Below, in pieces: positions 61,802 through 64,000 of a stretch of DNA of 64,000 nt. The stretch spans positions 1,248,001 through 1,312,000 of the forward strand of contig CBDBCZ010000019.1 of the NCBI GenBank assembly GCA_965203295.1, in the 5' to 3' direction. The DNA is from Nitrospirales bacterium (GTDB lineage: Bacteria; Nitrospirota; Nitrospiria; Nitrospirales; UBA8639). Numbering within the stretch: the first letter of the stretch is position 1; each line of letters begins with the position of its first letter. The position numbers and the translations under genes were made by a program. The notes under the pieces were generated by a model. It worked only from the letters and a program-made list of their open reading frames with translations, searched no databases and was not told where the DNA came from.

Positions 61802-62043
61802 CGGGACTTTCTCCCGTTTGAAAAGGACAGATTTTTAGGATGTATAATAGAAAGATTGAGTGCGTCTGATAAGATGTTGTAACAGGTTGGACGGTTTTTA
61901 GACTCTTCTTCAAGACGTTTAGGCCAAACACCTATTAGGCTGATCATTGTAAGTATGGATGACGATATTGGGGAACGAAGAAATGATAACCCCCTTTTTG
62001 AGGTTACTTGCTTTGGAGTTTCGAGATTAAAGGAGTTCGTGTC

Positions 62044-62673
62044 ATGAAAATATTAGGTATCGGTTCCATTCTTGCTCTCTGTGGTTTTTTAATGGTTGCC
62101 TCCAATGGTCGAACACAAAATGATAATCCAACAGGCGATTTTGCGAAAGCCACTTTTGCCGGAGGATGTTTTTGGTGCATGGAACCGCCGTTTGATAAGC
62201 TTGATGGTGTCATATCTACGACATCAGGCTATACAGGTGGGCACCTTCAAGACCTGACATACAAGCAAGTTTCCGCAGGAGGGACTGGACATGCGGAGGC
62301 CGTGGAGGTTCTCTATGATCCAAACAAGATTAGCTATCCCGAACTCCTAAAAGTGTTCTGGAAAAATATTGATCCAACCACAGCTGATCGCCAGTTTTGT
62401 GATATAGGTGATCAATACCGGACAGCCATTTTTTATCACAATGAAGAGCAGCGTGATTTGGCTATACAGTCAATGCAGGACATTACTCAATCCAAATCAT
62501 TTCCAGAGCCAATTCTGACTGAAATTTCCGCAGTATCACAATTTTATGACGCGGAAGAATACCATCAGGATTTTTATCAAAAAAACCCTATCCGGTACCG
62601 TTTCTACCGCTTTGGTTGTGGACGGGATGCACGTTTGGCTGAACTTTGGGGGACAGATAAACCTGCGGCGTGA
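62044..62673 (+). CDS. msrA: peptide-methionine (S)-S-oxide reductase with signal peptide
   Basis: FAGGCFWC, GHAEAV, QYRTAIF and AEEYHQDFY motifs. Confidence 0.95.
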   Translation: MKILGIGSILALCGFLMVASNGRTQNDNPTGDFAKATFAGGCFWCMEPPFDKLDGVISTTSGYTGGHLQDLTYKQVSAGGTGHAEAVEVLYDPNKISYPELLKVFWKNIDPTTADRQFCDIGDQYRTAIFYHNEEQRDLAIQSMQDITQSKSFPEPILTEISAVSQFYDAEEYHQDFYQKNPIRYRFYRFGCGRDARLAELWGTDKPAA

Positions 62674-62819
62674 TCGTTATTCTCCGCATTTGTCATGTGC
62701 GTAAAGGCAGAAACCAAGGTTCTACACGGTTTGAGTGAATACCCGTCTGTCGGCATGAGGGCTGCAATGTATTCTCCATCCTCTTACCCCTGATCCCATT
62801 CAAGAGTCTGTCCCTCACG

Positions 62820-63465
62820 ATGTCTCGAAGAAACCTTCCGAAGTTGCTTGACATCATTCTCATCCTGTCAGAGCAGTCTCTCGTCTTTCCTGGAGACCTT
62901 CCTCCTTTGATTACACGAACCTCAGATTTGACTCGAGGGGATCCTCTTACGGTTTCGCATCTCTCGATGAGTTACCATATTGGGATACATGTCGATGCGC
63001 CTGCTCATTTCTTAGAAGATAGTTCCACCTTGGACAATCTTCCGCTTGAATCTCTTTACGGACCTGCCCTTGTGGTTGATTTGCGGGGTCGGGACATGAT
63101 CAATCTTGAAGATGTGTCGTCTTTGTCCATTCCGCAACGGCATCACATTCTTCTTCGAACCGATAATGCTGCCTTGCTGAGACTGGATGGATATAGCAAG
63201 AAACATTGTGTGCTTTCCCCAGAGGTAGCGACATATTTATGCAGCTTTCACCCTCTTTCAGTAGGCTTTGATTATTATAGCCTTGATCCAGACCAAGGAC
63301 CTGATAATCTTCCATCTTGTGCTGGCTCGTGCTGGGGTCGCCGTGTTTGTTTGTCTTGATTTGTTCAATGTCGCACCAGGCCCTTATGTTTTTGCAGGAT
63401 TTCCACTTCGCCTAGCCGTCGCCGAAGCATCACCTGTTCGTGCTTTGTTAATCGATAGCCCTTAG
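62820..63465 (+). pseudogene. cyclase/kynurenine formamidase family protein, frameshifted at ~63310
   Basis: H(I)G(I)HVDAPAHF and LLRT motifs. The C-terminus HLVL..FPLRL..EASPVRA lies in another frame. Confidence 0.85.
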
Positions 63466-63582
63466 GAAAGAATGTCAAGCAAACGAAGGATCTTTCAACT
63501 CTCGCATCACAATAGAAAAGATGAATATGTGAAGGTGGGGTCAACACTTTACTTTTTAGTAACCTCCTGCTAGCCCGGCCCC

Positions 63583-64000
63583 ATGTCACGACCGCTGCGG
63601 ATTGAATTTGAGGGAGCCGTCTATCATGTCACCTCACGCGGCAATGCGGGGCAACCGATCTTCGAGGCTGACCAGGACCGACTTCGGTTCCTAGAGCTAC
63701 TCGGACGAGAAGTCCAGCAACAGCACTGGCGCTGTCATGCCTACTGTCTAATGGGGAACCACTACCATCTTCTCGTGGAGACCCCGGACGGCCATCTCCG
63801 CCGGGGCATAGCTCGGTTGAATGCAGTCTATTCCCAATGGTTCAATCGTCGGCATGACCGGTCTGGACATCTGTTCCAAGGTCGCTACAAGGCGATTCTA
63901 GTTGAACGGGACCCCCATTTATTGGAATTGTGTCGGTATGTGGTATTGAACCCGGTGCGCGCAGGGCTGGTGAAAAAAGTGGAGGCGTGGCCGTGGAGCA
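63583..64000 (+). mobile_element. REP-associated tyrosine (Y1/HUH) transposase, RAYT/IS200-like, partial
   Basis: Manual translation: MSRPLRIEFEGAVYHVTSRGN...AYCLMGNHYHLL...FNRRHDRSGHLFQGRYKA...YVVLNPVRAGL...WPWS. Runs off the window edge. Confidence 0.9.

Noticed and set aside
1..64000. CRISPR array, cas genes or rRNA
   Set aside because: No regularly spaced direct repeats, cas-like ORFs or rRNA sequence seen.

Overview
Bacterial chromosomal segment of about 48-50% GC (estimated by eye). Gene content and order are consistent with a Nitrospirales/Nitrospira-like organism; this is an inference, as no marker gene is present. The window holds a glycogen/trehalose cluster (treY', glgC, glgB, treZ, glgX), purH-purD-tsaC, ltaE, comM, trxA-recN, two divergent 2OG-Fe(II) oxygenases and radA-tsaB-rimI-tatC. 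It continues with a small tRNA-Thr islet (AbrB/PIN toxin-antitoxin pair plus integrase relic), a degP-tatC2-mogA-mrp-moeA-mobB-hexaheme cytochrome-ABC cluster, a complete trpEGDCFBA operon, ligA, mug, msrA and a RAYT-type Y1 transposase at the right edge. Four signals stand out. (1) Selective genome erosion: about 9 accessory genes carry nonsense or frameshift lesions, and many conserved motifs carry GC->AT missense changes, while core genes remain open. (2) A candidate molybdoenzyme (possibly NXR) maturation/export cluster with its own TatC and a hexaheme cytochrome. (3) A family of REP-carrying, TIR-bounded miniature elements, plus an IS200/IS605-type miniature element. (4) A decayed MoxR-like AAA+/partner module of unknown function. 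No CRISPR array or rRNA was seen. All family assignments come from motif recognition, not database searches.
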